64,000 nucleotides of DNA from Spirochaetia bacterium (GTDB lineage: Bacteria; Spirochaetota; Spirochaetia; CAKZLE01): NCBI GenBank assembly GCA_963677595.1, contig OY782041.1, forward strand, positions 800,001-864,000. The letters run 5' to 3'. The notes below the pieces were generated by a model that had not been told where the DNA came from, ran no database searches, and was given only the letters and a program-made list of their open reading frames with translations. The translations under genes and the position numbers were made by a program. This document shows positions 19,179 through 28,583 of this stretch, in pieces. Each line of letters opens with the position of its first letter. Positions within the stretch are counted from its first letter, which is position 1.

Positions 19179-20249
19179 CTACTCCCGCTCCTCCGTCATA
19201 CTGACGTGCTGCCCTTCCTTGAGGAAGTGCTGGCCGTCTATGATGAAGAGGTAGTCCCTCATCTCCGCGGGGATGACGAAGGACACATCATCAGAGGCTT
19301 CAGGGGAGATCCTCCGCTGGTGGGCCGTGCTGGTCTTCTCATCCACGTACCAGAGGGTCCCCTCACTCGCGAAGGTCGCATAGGGCAGCACATAGACCCC
19401 CGTGATCTCCTCCAGGACACAGTCCGCATCGAGGTACATACCGGGGGTGATCCCGTCAGGCTGGTCGAGCGAACAGGTCACCTCGAAGGTCTTCGTTGCG
19501 GGATCGATGAGCGGGGCGACCCGGACTACCCTCCCGCTGAGGACCCGCTGCGGGAGGTCGGGCCGGTGCAGGCTGATCTCGACAGCCGTGCCGGGGGAGG
19601 TGAACTCATCATAGTGGATCTCCGGGATGCTGATCTTCACCAGGAGCTTCTGCAGGTCCGAGACGGTGACGATCGGCACCTGCGGCCCGACGAGGGACCC
19701 CTCGGAGGCTTGTCGGATCAGCACGGTACCTGATACCGGTGCCATGATCTCCGTATAGGAGAGCTGGAGCTGTGCGAGTTCATACTGGGAGAGATAGGCC
19801 TCATACTGGGCCTTGGTCTGGTCATAGGTCTGCTTGGTCGCAGCCCCGGTGGCGAAGAGGCTCTCGACCCGCTTGAAGCTCGACTCGGCAGAGATATAGG
19901 CAGCTTCTGCCTGGTCGACCTGGAGTTGGTAGGAGGTCGTGTCGATCTTCCCGATGAGCTCTCCTTTATCGATGGTGTCTCCCTCCTCGACGAGGAGTTC
20001 ATCAAGCCTCCCGCCCACCTGGGGCAGCACGGTCACCATGCTCTCCGGCTCAACCACACCGCCGCTGGATACGACCCTGCGGATCGAGGAGAGTTCAGGC
20101 CGTATCGTCTCGACCACCGGGTCCGGGATCACCGCCTCAGGCTCCTCCTCCACGGTGCGGTTGTTCCAGTACCAGACACCGATGAGTATGATGAGACCCA
20201 ATATGATATATTTAAGCAAGCCCGTAAAGAACCGTTTCACACGCAGCAT
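19179..20249 (-). CDS. RND periplasmic adaptor (membrane fusion protein)
   Basis: N-terminal TM, VEEGDTIDKGELI, IMAPVSGTV, IDPATKTF, PGMY; ATG 20249 after GGAGG. Confidence 0.92.
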   Translation of the reverse strand: MLRVKRFFTGLLKYIILGLIILIGVWYWNNRTVEEEPEAVIPDPVVETIRPELSSIRRVVSSGGVVEPESMVTVLPQVGGRLDELLVEEGDTIDKGELIGKIDTTSYQLQVDQAEAAYISAESSFKRVESLFATGAATKQTYDQTKAQYEAYLSQYELAQLQLSYTEIMAPVSGTVLIRQASEGSLVGPQVPIVTVSDLQKLLVKISIPEIHYDEFTSPGTAVEISLHRPDLPQRVLSGRVVRVAPLIDPATKTFEVTCSLDQPDGITPGMYLDADCVLEEITGVYVLPYATFASEGTLWYVDEKTSTAHQRRISPEASDDVSFVIPAEMRDYLFIIDGQHFLKEGQHVSMTEERE

Positions 20250-20311
20250 ACCTCCGCCTGTTCTCATCTTATCGTCAGGGAAGCTCTCCTGTCAGATACC
20301 ATCTGTAAGGA

Positions 20312-20337
20312 TCACAGGTGACGATTGTCACCTGTGA
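20312..20337. promoter_or_regulatory. Perfect 11-bp inverted repeat, probable response-regulator operator
   Basis: TCACAGGTGAC-gatt-GTCACCTGTGA between the divergent RND and two-component operons. Confidence 0.65.
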
Positions 20338-20390
20338 AGTATGCTGCCTGTCATATAGGAAACCGGCAGGTCGTATGGTATAGTGTCATT

Positions 20391-21641
20391 ATGAAACCGA
20401 GAGGTGTGGTGCCATACGAACCGGGACTCATTATGATCTTCAGGCTGTTCTGTGCAGCGGTTGCATTCATCCTCTTCATCTTCGCGGCCTTCCCGCCATC
20501 CTTCTACACCGTCTTCCTCCGGACCCGGGTTTGGCTCGGGATGGGCTCCGCCTACGCAGTCGTTGCGGCCTACCTGATGATCCCGAGGGTACGGGCCTGG
20601 ACAGGCCGCTACTTCCTCCAGCCGCCGATCATCGCGACGATCATCATCCCGATCTTCAGCCTCAGCTGGCAGCCTCCCTTCTACCTAGATGACCTGGTCA
20701 GTCTGAGCATGACGACTTCCTACAGCCTCTCCATCCTCCTGCTCTTCCCCTTGATCATCACCGCATGGCAATACAACTTCAGGATGGTCATCATCCTCTT
20801 CGGGGTACTCGGGGCCATGGACCCCCTCATCTACCTGATCTCCCTCGGTCCCCAGGACAGCAGGGTCATCGCCTATCTCTACTTCTCCCTGATCAGGATC
20901 GTCGCCTTCGTGGCTATCGGCTTCATCATCACGGAGCTGATGAAGAACCAGCGGAAGCGCCAGAGTCAATTGATCGAGATGAACAACCGCCTGAAGCTCC
21001 AGGCAGACGTGGCACTCGAGCTCTCCGCGGCACGGGAGCGCAACAAGCTCTCCCATGAGCTGCACGATGTACTGGCACATACCCTCTCGAGCCTTGCTGT
21101 CCAGCTGGAGGCAGTGAAAGCCTCCTGGGAGACCGGCGGGGAAAAGGTCGAGACACTCCTCGACAAGGCGCTGGATAATACCAGAAGAGGGCTGAAGGAG
21201 ACCCGGACGGTGGTGAAGAACCTGCGGTCCGAGCCTCTTGTCGACGTTGGGTTCAACGATGCGGTGAGGCTCCTCACCCGGGACGCGGAACGGAGGGGGG
21301 ACTTCACCGTCCAGCTGGATCTCGAGGAGAGCATTGACGACTGGGAGTATGAGACGATCCACGGGATCTACCGGATCATCCAGGAGGCTCTGCAGAACAC
21401 GATCAAGCATGCCGAGGCGGACCTTGTGGAGATCAGCCTCACGGAACCTGAAGCGGGTATGACTGAGATCCGTATCTCCGATGACGGGAAGGGGTTCACC
21501 ACCCCGAAGCTCGCTGACGAGTACCATTTCGGGATCAATATCATGAAGGAGCGGGCCCGCTCCATCGGTGCTGAGTTCAGCATAAGTTCAGCTGAGGACT
21601 CCGGTACTCAGATCCATCTCAAGTTCAGGAGAAGCCAATGA
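20391..21641 (+). CDS. Membrane sensor histidine kinase (HisKA_3, NarX/DesK type)
   Basis: Multiple TMs, ERNKLSHELHD, QEALQNTIKHA, DDGKGF, HFGI. Confidence 0.93.
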   Translation: MKPRGVVPYEPGLIMIFRLFCAAVAFILFIFAAFPPSFYTVFLRTRVWLGMGSAYAVVAAYLMIPRVRAWTGRYFLQPPIIATIIIPIFSLSWQPPFYLDDLVSLSMTTSYSLSILLLFPLIITAWQYNFRMVIILFGVLGAMDPLIYLISLGPQDSRVIAYLYFSLIRIVAFVAIGFIITELMKNQRKRQSQLIEMNNRLKLQADVALELSAARERNKLSHELHDVLAHTLSSLAVQLEAVKASWETGGEKVETLLDKALDNTRRGLKETRTVVKNLRSEPLVDVGFNDAVRLLTRDAERRGDFTVQLDLEESIDDWEYETIHGIYRIIQEALQNTIKHAEADLVEISLTEPEAGMTEIRISDDGKGFTTPKLADEYHFGINIMKERARSIGAEFSISSAEDSGTQIHLKFRRSQ

Positions 21642-22297
21642 TCAGGATCTGCATCTGTGATGACCAGGATATCGTGCGGGAAGGACTGCAGACCATCCTC
21701 GACACCGCCAGGAACATCGAGGTAGCCTTCACGGCTTCAGACGGACAGGACCTGATCGACAGGCTCGAAGCCAGCACCGGCTCCCTGCCGGAATTGATCC
21801 TCATGGATCTGAAGATGCCGATGAAGAACGGGATACAGGCGACGAAGGAGGTCCTCCATACCTGGCCTGAGATAAAGGTCCTGATCCTCACCACCTATGC
21901 CGATGACGAGTGGGTCATCGACTCCATCAAGGCCGGTGCCTCGGGCTACCTGCTCAAGGATACCCCCAAGGCAAAGCTCATCGACGCGATCAGCGGAACG
22001 GTAGCAGGCAACACCTATGTCGATCCCTCCATAGCGGGAAAACTCCTGCCGCTCATACAGCACCAGCCTGTCTCAATGAAAGTCCCCTCCCATGACCTCA
22101 CGGACCGGGAACGGAAGATCCTGTTATACATCGCGAAGGGATTGTCCAATACCGAGATCGGGGAACGGCTCTTCCTCTCGGCAGGGACGGTACGGAACTA
22201 TGTCAGTGCGATCTTCACGAAACTCGAGGTCTCCGACCGCACCGAGGCTGCCATCGCAGGCCTGCGGGAGAGCATCTTCACCCTTGATGAGATATAG
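21638..22297 (+). CDS. NarL/LuxR-family response regulator
   Basis: CDDQ, LMDLKMP, GASGYLLK, LTDRE...GLSNTEIGERLFLSAGTVRNYV. Confidence 0.95.
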   Translation: MIRICICDDQDIVREGLQTILDTARNIEVAFTASDGQDLIDRLEASTGSLPELILMDLKMPMKNGIQATKEVLHTWPEIKVLILTTYADDEWVIDSIKAGASGYLLKDTPKAKLIDAISGTVAGNTYVDPSIAGKLLPLIQHQPVSMKVPSHDLTDRERKILLYIAKGLSNTEIGERLFLSAGTVRNYVSAIFTKLEVSDRTEAAIAGLRESIFTLDEI

Positions 22298-22336
22298 AGA
22301 TCTCCGAGATCTAAGGAGTCTACTGATTCCCGGGAT

Positions 22337-23374
22337 CTACTGATCCCATGGATCCCACGGGTAGGCTGCAGCGGCTGCAGCGATCTGGTCATCAGTCACC
22401 TCATGAGTGATCGCAAGATCCCCGGGATACTTCACCAGTGAGAGGAACCGCTCACCCGTCAGGGAGCGGAGCAGGTCCCCGTCGATCCCATCTGAAATGA
22501 GTCTCCTCACAAGGTGCAGGTAGCCGGAGAATCCCGGGATCCCTGAGGCTCCCGCAGCCTTGTCTGCGAGGGTATGTGGAGCGTGGTCGCTCTCGATCCA
22601 GTCGATCCTCCCGGAGAGGAGCATCTCATAGATCCGTTCCTGGGCTGCAATATCCCTGAGGGGCGGGTTCATCTTCAGGAGGTTCCCCCTCTGGTCAGCA
22701 GCTTCGCTGTTGAGCAGGGCATGGTGCGGTGTGATACCGCAGCTGATGGTACAGGTGACCCCTTTCTCCCGCATCTCCTCTATGTACTCGACCGTGTCAG
22801 GGTGGCTCACATGGCAGACATGGAGGATGCCGGAGAACCCTGCGTCTTGAGCGAAGGATACCTGGTCCTTCACCGATGCAAGTTCCGCTGCTGCAGGACG
22901 TGCCAGACTGTGGCTCTCCGGATGGGAGGGATCCCAGAGCTCGGGATGCAGTTCCGACTCCTTCTCGCAGTGGACTGCGAGAATACCCCGGTACCCGTAC
23001 CCGGCAAGCTGCCGATAGATCTCCCGCTGGGCTTCTGTATCGAGGATCCCCATGTTGCCGGTCGAGTGGCCGGCGAACAGCTTGAATCCGATCACCGTCG
23101 GGAAGAGCTGCTCATAGAGCTCGAGCATGGCCTGCCGCTGGGCATAGTCATTGGTCAGTCCCGCATAGAGCCCATAGATGAAGTTATCAGGCAGGACCTT
23201 CCGGGCATCGGCGATCCTGCGCAGGACAGTCTCCCCGCTTGTCAGCGGGGGAGCGGTGTTTGGCATCTCGAAGAGTCCCGTAAGACCTGATCTGAGGGCT
23301 GTCTCCATACCGTTCCGGAGAGTCTCTTTGTCCGACTGTTCCCAGTCACGAAGGTGTACATGGGGATCTATCAT
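22337..23374 (-). CDS. pyrC: Dihydroorotase
   Basis: IDPHVHLRD, EMPNT, HCE, KMNPPLR, SDHAPH. Confidence 0.92.
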   Translation of the reverse strand: MIDPHVHLRDWEQSDKETLRNGMETALRSGLTGLFEMPNTAPPLTSGETVLRRIADARKVLPDNFIYGLYAGLTNDYAQRQAMLELYEQLFPTVIGFKLFAGHSTGNMGILDTEAQREIYRQLAGYGYRGILAVHCEKESELHPELWDPSHPESHSLARPAAAELASVKDQVSFAQDAGFSGILHVCHVSHPDTVEYIEEMREKGVTCTISCGITPHHALLNSEAADQRGNLLKMNPPLRDIAAQERIYEMLLSGRIDWIESDHAPHTLADKAAGASGIPGFSGYLHLVRRLISDGIDGDLLRSLTGERFLSLVKYPGDLAITHEVTDDQIAAAAAAYPWDPWDQ

Positions 23375-25086
23375 AGGAGCTCCGGTGCATGGGTCTTGAG
23401 GAAATCGAGCCGTACGAAGGTCCCGTACTGACAGGTCAGCCGGTCACCGCAGGCACACTCCCCGCACATGCCGATACCGCAGAGACTCGGGCGTTCCATC
23501 GAAAGGAAGATCCGCTCATCGGGGATCCCTCGCCTGCTCATGAGCTCTGAGGCCCTGCTCATGAAGACCTCCGGGCCTATGGTATAGAAGGCACAGTCTT
23601 CCCCTGTCTCAAGCTCCTCTTCCATGACGGAGATGACCCTTCCGGGGATGCCGTTGTCATAGACGGGGATGAACTTCCCATACATTTGCAGTTCATCCTC
23701 GAGGAGGGCTTTAGGAGTCTCCCCCTCATTACCGGATGCCCCATAGTAGCAGGTGATGGCTGTTCCCTCCCCTGCAAGTCTCTTCACCAGTGAGGGGACT
23801 ACCGCGATGCCGGTTCCCCCTGCGAGGATCACCGCCTCTTTCGTGCCGGCAGTCTCGACCGGTTCCCCGTAGACTCCCCGGACATAGATCGTATCCCCCG
23901 CCGTGATATCCATCATGGCATGGGTGAATTCACCCCGGTCCTTGATGATGAAGGTCAGGGGGCTGCTCTCCGCGATCGAGAAGGGTTTCTCCCCGACTCC
24001 CGGCAGCCAGATGAAGGCGAACTGCCCCGGACCACACTCCAGCTTCCCGTCAGTGTAGAACACCTTCACTCCCGGGCTGTGTTCGACCACCTCGGTCACG
24101 GTGCAGGGAGTGAACTTCATCTGCTCATGGTCGTAGAGATATGCACCAGCGGTGTTAGATCCTGAGACGGCATCCTCAAGCAGTGCCGAGGTATAGGCTG
24201 CCCAGTCCCGCTGGTGGACCCTGCCGAAGGCGCTGCCGATACCGATGGTATCGGCACCTGCCTGCTTCATGGCCCTGATATCTTCGGCTGAGGAGACTCC
24301 GCCCATCCCGATGATGGGATACTCCTCACCGATAGCGTCACGAATCTGTGCGATGACTTGGACGGCACGTTCACGTACCCAGTCGCCGCTCATGCCGCCC
24401 TTGCCGCCGATCTTGTTGTTCAGGATCGGGGCCCCGGAGTGCTCCTCTACGTAGAGTTCGGGCCCCACGGTATTGATCGCCGCGATGCCGTCGGCACCTG
24501 CATCGATCAGTGCCTTGGCGATCCCCCCGATATCTTCCACGTTGGGGGTGAGTTTCGGGATGATCAGCGCATCGAACCCATCGCCCACGGCTTCACGGAT
24601 ACGCCTCATGTACTCGGTCGCGATGTTCACATCACAACCGATGCTCGAGCCGAATCCGGCCGAAGCATGCGGACAGGAGAAGTTGAGCTCGATCAGATCG
24701 GCGACCGGCTCGAATGCCTTCACCAGGCTGATGAAATCCTCCGGAGTGGATGCCGAGACTGACACATTGAGCAGGGCCCTGAGGTCGATGCGTTCCCGCA
24801 ATTCCTCCAGCTCCCTGACAGCGATGGCCATCCCGGGGTTACGTAAGCCCACGGAGTTGCCGAAGTTACCCCTCGACGGCTCGGTGATGATCGGTTCCCG
24901 ATTACCCGGGTTCGGCACCACCTGGTAACTCTTGGTGGTGATCAGCCCGATCGCGGGCAGCTCCCGGTCGATATACTCGACCAATTTTGTCTTGGTCGAT
25001 GCGACCCCTGAGACGGTCCCCAGGATATAGGAATCCCTGGTATGGTTGCCTGCAAGCAGGTTCTTCACGTACTCCTTACTATTCAA
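23371..25086 (-). CDS. pyrD: Dihydroorotate dehydrogenase 1B, PyrD-PyrK fusion
   Basis: N-terminal NSVGLRNPG, ELNFSCPH, KLTPN, INT, GGMSG; C-terminal PGQF..EKPFS, GGTGIA, CGIGMCGEC..C. Confidence 0.9.
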   Translation of the reverse strand: MNSKEYVKNLLAGNHTRDSYILGTVSGVASTKTKLVEYIDRELPAIGLITTKSYQVVPNPGNREPIITEPSRGNFGNSVGLRNPGMAIAVRELEELRERIDLRALLNVSVSASTPEDFISLVKAFEPVADLIELNFSCPHASAGFGSSIGCDVNIATEYMRRIREAVGDGFDALIIPKLTPNVEDIGGIAKALIDAGADGIAAINTVGPELYVEEHSGAPILNNKIGGKGGMSGDWVRERAVQVIAQIRDAIGEEYPIIGMGGVSSAEDIRAMKQAGADTIGIGSAFGRVHQRDWAAYTSALLEDAVSGSNTAGAYLYDHEQMKFTPCTVTEVVEHSPGVKVFYTDGKLECGPGQFAFIWLPGVGEKPFSIAESSPLTFIIKDRGEFTHAMMDITAGDTIYVRGVYGEPVETAGTKEAVILAGGTGIAVVPSLVKRLAGEGTAITCYYGASGNEGETPKALLEDELQMYGKFIPVYDNGIPGRVISVMEEELETGEDCAFYTIGPEVFMSRASELMSRRGIPDERIFLSMERPSLCGIGMCGECACGDRLTCQYGTFVRLDFLKTHAPELL

Positions 25087-25096
25087 TCATCTCTCC

Positions 25097-25984
25097 CTAT
25101 GCAAGTGCCTCTTCGATCTCGTCATTGAGCTTCCGCAGGTTCTCGAGTACCACATCAGCCCAGTCCTCGGGTATATCCCCGCCCTTCCAGGGATGGGTGA
25201 TCCCGCTCGAGCTGTTGATCCGTGCCAGCGGCAATTCATAGCCTGCCTTCTTCAGCCTGGTCACGACCTCGGAAGCGCTCCCTCCCTGGGAACCGACGCC
25301 CGGGATGAGCAGCGGTACCGGGGAACCCGAGGATGCATAGCGGGCAGCCACCATCTCGAGCTCATCAGGGCTCGTCGCCCCGACGACCGCGCCGATCCCC
25401 TCATGGATGCGACTCCAGCCGATGATGGTGTCAGCGACCTTGAGGTAGAGGTCCTCATCACCTGAGATGAGGTTCTGCAGGTCCTTCCCCCCGGGATTCG
25501 AGGTCCTGTTCAGGATATAGATCCCCTTGCCTTCTACCATGAAGGGGGATACGGAATCGGTCCCCATGTAGGGGGATACGGTCACGGCATCTGCCTGCCA
25601 GCCGTCAAAAGCCTCGATCGCATAGTTCAGGCTCGAGCGCGCGATATCGCCGCGCTTGGAGTCGAGGATGACCGGTACCCCGGGGAAGAAGTTCTCGAGC
25701 ATCTCGATGAGGTCCGCCAGGGCTAACGACCCGGTGAAGTCCTCCTCGAGCGGCCGGTCAAGGGCGCTGTAGTACCCGATGTTCGGCTTGAAGGCCCCGG
25801 GGTAGACCCCGAGGAGGTTCATCTCCTTGAAGATCGTCCTGAAGAAGGTGTTCAGGTCTGCCCGGACGGAGTCTGTCCGTACCGGCAGGTACTCGACGAT
25901 CGGGTCGAGGCCCATGCAGACCAGGGACCTGGTATGGGCATAGCTCTCACGCAGCTGGTCGACATAACTCTGTTTCTTTTCCAT
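25097..25984 (-). CDS. pyrF: Orotidine-5'-phosphate decarboxylase
   Basis: CMGLDP, FKPN, ILDSKRGDI, SPYMG, RTSNPG, LIPGVGSQGG. Confidence 0.94.
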   Translation of the reverse strand: MEKKQSYVDQLRESYAHTRSLVCMGLDPIVEYLPVRTDSVRADLNTFFRTIFKEMNLLGVYPGAFKPNIGYYSALDRPLEEDFTGSLALADLIEMLENFFPGVPVILDSKRGDIARSSLNYAIEAFDGWQADAVTVSPYMGTDSVSPFMVEGKGIYILNRTSNPGGKDLQNLISGDEDLYLKVADTIIGWSRIHEGIGAVVGATSPDELEMVAARYASSGSPVPLLIPGVGSQGGSASEVVTRLKKAGYELPLARINSSSGITHPWKGGDIPEDWADVVLENLRKLNDEIEEALA

Positions 25985-25988
25985 CTGT

Positions 25989-26693
25989 CTACCTCTCTAC
26001 TTTCGGGAATCCGTTGGCTTCACCCCATCCGAAGGGGTCCTGCTTCCACTGCGTCAGCAGCGCTGCAGCAGTCTTGTCGATATACCCGGTCTCCACTGCC
26101 GCCTCCACCATGATATCATAGGTGAGGATGGTGATGGGCGTACAGGCCGGATCCAGGACTGCGAAGTTATCAAGAGCAGCCTGGAGGCCGTAGGTGAAGA
26201 TCGCTAGGCAGTAGGGTACGTTCCCGTCTGATGCGGTGATCGCCTCAACCGCCTTGATGGATGATCCGCCGGTCGAGATGAGGTCCTCGATCAGGACGAC
26301 GGACTGCCCCTCATAGGTCCCGCCAACGGGGAGTCCCTCGATGGCGTTCTTGAGGCCGTGACCCTTGCTCGATGACCTGATATAGGTCAGGGGCAGCCCG
26401 AGTCGGTCTGCGAGGGTAGTCGCATGCGGTATCCCCGCGGTCGCCGTCCCTGCTACTGAATCCGGGGTGACCTCAAGGGCCTCGAGCAACTGGAAGAACC
26501 CTTCGGCTACCAGGGCACGCACCTCGGCATCCCGCAGGAGCTGTCGGTTGTCGTTGTAGATGGGCATCCGGTAGCCGGAAGCCCACTGGAAGGGTTCGGT
26601 CGTGTTCAGCCTGATCGCACCCATCGCGAATGCCTTCTGTGCCAGTGACAGACCGATGGTCTGCTGTATCTCTGTAATCCGATCAGTGTTCAT
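25989..26693 (-). CDS. pyrE: Orotate phosphoribosyltransferase
   Basis: FQWASG..PIYNDNR, ATAGIPH, LIEDLISTGGSS. Confidence 0.95.
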   Translation of the reverse strand: MNTDRITEIQQTIGLSLAQKAFAMGAIRLNTTEPFQWASGYRMPIYNDNRQLLRDAEVRALVAEGFFQLLEALEVTPDSVAGTATAGIPHATTLADRLGLPLTYIRSSSKGHGLKNAIEGLPVGGTYEGQSVVLIEDLISTGGSSIKAVEAITASDGNVPYCLAIFTYGLQAALDNFAVLDPACTPITILTYDIMVEAAVETGYIDKTAAALLTQWKQDPFGWGEANGFPKVER

Positions 26694-28285
26694 TATGCCT
26701 CCCTCTCTGTCCAGATCTCTTTAAATGAGTGGTGTTTCCCACAATATTCACATACAAAATGGTCGGTCTCGGTCTTCCAGAAGAAGGCCGGTACTCCCTC
26801 GTCGTGCGACGGATGGGAGATGCAGTTCGGGTTGCTGCAGGCCAGGTCCTCGAAGTTGTAGATCTTCGGGGGCAGGTGCATCCGGTACTTCTCCTTCACC
26901 TCCCCGTTCTCGATGATGTTCAGCGTCGAGCCAGGGGCCAAGGCTGCGAGCCGCTTGAGCGAGGTGAGGTCGAACTGCTTGATCTCCGGGCGGAACATGA
27001 TCCCCTTGTAGGACTCACCGGACTGCGAGGTGGAGACCCAGTCACCGCCCTTGCCGTAGAGGCCGAGGACCCTCGTGATCGTCACCATATGGGCGCGGAT
27101 CTCGCTGGTGGTATCCCCCTTCCCGATGTGGTCGATGACCACCCCGTCTGCTATAGGATGTACTCCCTCAGAGTACTGTACTGACTTCTTTGCTGCCTTA
27201 GTCTCGACCTTCTCGATGAACTCGACCTTATCGGTTATGGTCTGCTCTTCCTGCTGCGGAATGAACTCACCGCCGATCTTCCCGCTGAAGAGCCCGAGCA
27301 GTACGATCCGCACGAGCATGCCGTTGGAAGACTGTCGCTCCCAGCCGTTGAGCGGGGTGCTGTCAAGGAATGCCGGGATCACCGGGTGCGATTTATGCCT
27401 CGGGAGCGGATGGTAGAACTTCGTCCCCTCCTTGATGCGGTCCACATGGGACTGTCGGCAGGTGATGCTCTTGCGCAGCTCATCCTGCTTCTGCAGGATC
27501 CTGTCTCCCATCCTCTCGAGCTGCGGGCGGGTGAAGTACCATTTGTCCGCGACATCATCCTGTGCGAGGTACTCATCGATCGAGGCGAAGGTCCTGACCT
27601 CGTAGCCGTGCGACTGCATGGTCTCCACATAGGATTCCGGCATCGCCAGCTCCTCCGGTGCGATCAGGTCTATCTTCACCTCCTTGAAGATCGTCATACC
27701 GTTCGCCTTGGAGTGGACCGTCCTCCCGTGGAAGAGGTCTCCCACTAAGGCGAGGTGGATCGAGTCGGTCAACCAGTCGTTATCCTCAAGGAAGGTGTAT
27801 TCATCGAGGAGCTCCTGGGTCGGGTGCTCATGCTTGCCGTCCCCGGCATTGATGAACGAGGGGCTGAAGGGCAGGTTATTTCGCTCTGCATAAGCTGCAG
27901 TCTCCTCCTGCAGCCATCGGCACACCCCCTCGAGCTTGCTCCGGATGATGAATACCCGGTTGTCATAACCGGCGAGGGTGTTGAAGGTATCGGCGTAGCT
28001 CTCTCCCTTGTTGAAGGAGGAGCTGTCCGTGCTCAGCGAGGAGAGCTTCACCCGGTGGAACTTCGCCGCATTCTTGAAAGACTCACGGGTCCTCGTGCTG
28101 TCCTCGAGGAACACTTCGTAGATCCCGAAGTCGGGATCATCGATCCGGTAATCGGCAAGAATCTCCTCATCACCGGCCGCGATCGCTTCCTTGAGCTCCC
28201 TCGTCTTCCTGAACAGATACATCCGTTCTTCATTGGACAGGTCATTGATGACAGCCAGGGTCCTTCCCTTAAACACATGCTCCAT
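26693..28285 (-). CDS. pyrBI: Aspartate carbamoyltransferase, fused catalytic/regulatory PyrBI
   Basis: EDSTRT, NAGDGKHEHPTQ, HPLPR; C-terminal GVVIDHI, CSNPNCIS, CEYC; ATG 28285 after GAGGAGG. Confidence 0.93.
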   Translation of the reverse strand: MEHVFKGRTLAVINDLSNEERMYLFRKTRELKEAIAAGDEEILADYRIDDPDFGIYEVFLEDSTRTRESFKNAAKFHRVKLSSLSTDSSSFNKGESYADTFNTLAGYDNRVFIIRSKLEGVCRWLQEETAAYAERNNLPFSPSFINAGDGKHEHPTQELLDEYTFLEDNDWLTDSIHLALVGDLFHGRTVHSKANGMTIFKEVKIDLIAPEELAMPESYVETMQSHGYEVRTFASIDEYLAQDDVADKWYFTRPQLERMGDRILQKQDELRKSITCRQSHVDRIKEGTKFYHPLPRHKSHPVIPAFLDSTPLNGWERQSSNGMLVRIVLLGLFSGKIGGEFIPQQEEQTITDKVEFIEKVETKAAKKSVQYSEGVHPIADGVVIDHIGKGDTTSEIRAHMVTITRVLGLYGKGGDWVSTSQSGESYKGIMFRPEIKQFDLTSLKRLAALAPGSTLNIIENGEVKEKYRMHLPPKIYNFEDLACSNPNCISHPSHDEGVPAFFWKTETDHFVCEYCGKHHSFKEIWTEREA

Positions 28286-28312
28286 GGATACCTCCTCTCT
28301 TCTCATCCGGGC

Positions 28313-28340
28313 AAAAAAAATGCCGGTCCTAATAACCGAC
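28313..28340 (-). terminator. Intrinsic terminator (attenuator) in the pyr leader
   Basis: GUCGGUU-auuag-GACCGGC followed by A-U8, about 28 nt before the pyrBI start. Confidence 0.75.
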
Positions 28341-28342
28341 GT

Positions 28343-28423
28343 TTACATATCATGAACAGAAAACCATGACTGGACCACACATGTGCAGCCTGCTACGTCA
28401 TTTCGTCTCCTGATCCTATTCAT
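28343..28423 (-). CDS. Putative pyr leader peptide MNRIRRRNDVAGCTCVVQSWFSVHDM
   Basis: 26-codon ORF whose stop lies 2 nt before the attenuator stem; weak RBS. Confidence 0.4.
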   Translation of the reverse strand: MNRIRRRNDVAGCTCVVQSWFSVHDM

Positions 28424-28458
28424 ACTCTATCTATACCTATTATTCCTTATCTGAACCT

Positions 28459-28488
28459 ATTGTACCAGATTTCTAGCGAATATAGCAA
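28459..28488 (-). promoter_or_regulatory. pyr operon sigma70 promoter
   Basis: TTGCTA-18-TACAAT with extended TG. Confidence 0.6.
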
Positions 28489-28583
28489 TAACTCTTTACT
28501 TGGTCAAGAGGAAGCAGGGGCACAGACGTGAAAAAGGGAAGCCCGTTTTAAGGACTCCCCTTCTCTACGTCTGCTTCTCCACC

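Noticed and set aside
22298-22356. Short repeats (CTACTGAT, GAGATC, GGATC) between the regulator and pyrC
   Set aside because: Too short and irregular; at most a micro-duplication of the pyrC 3' end.
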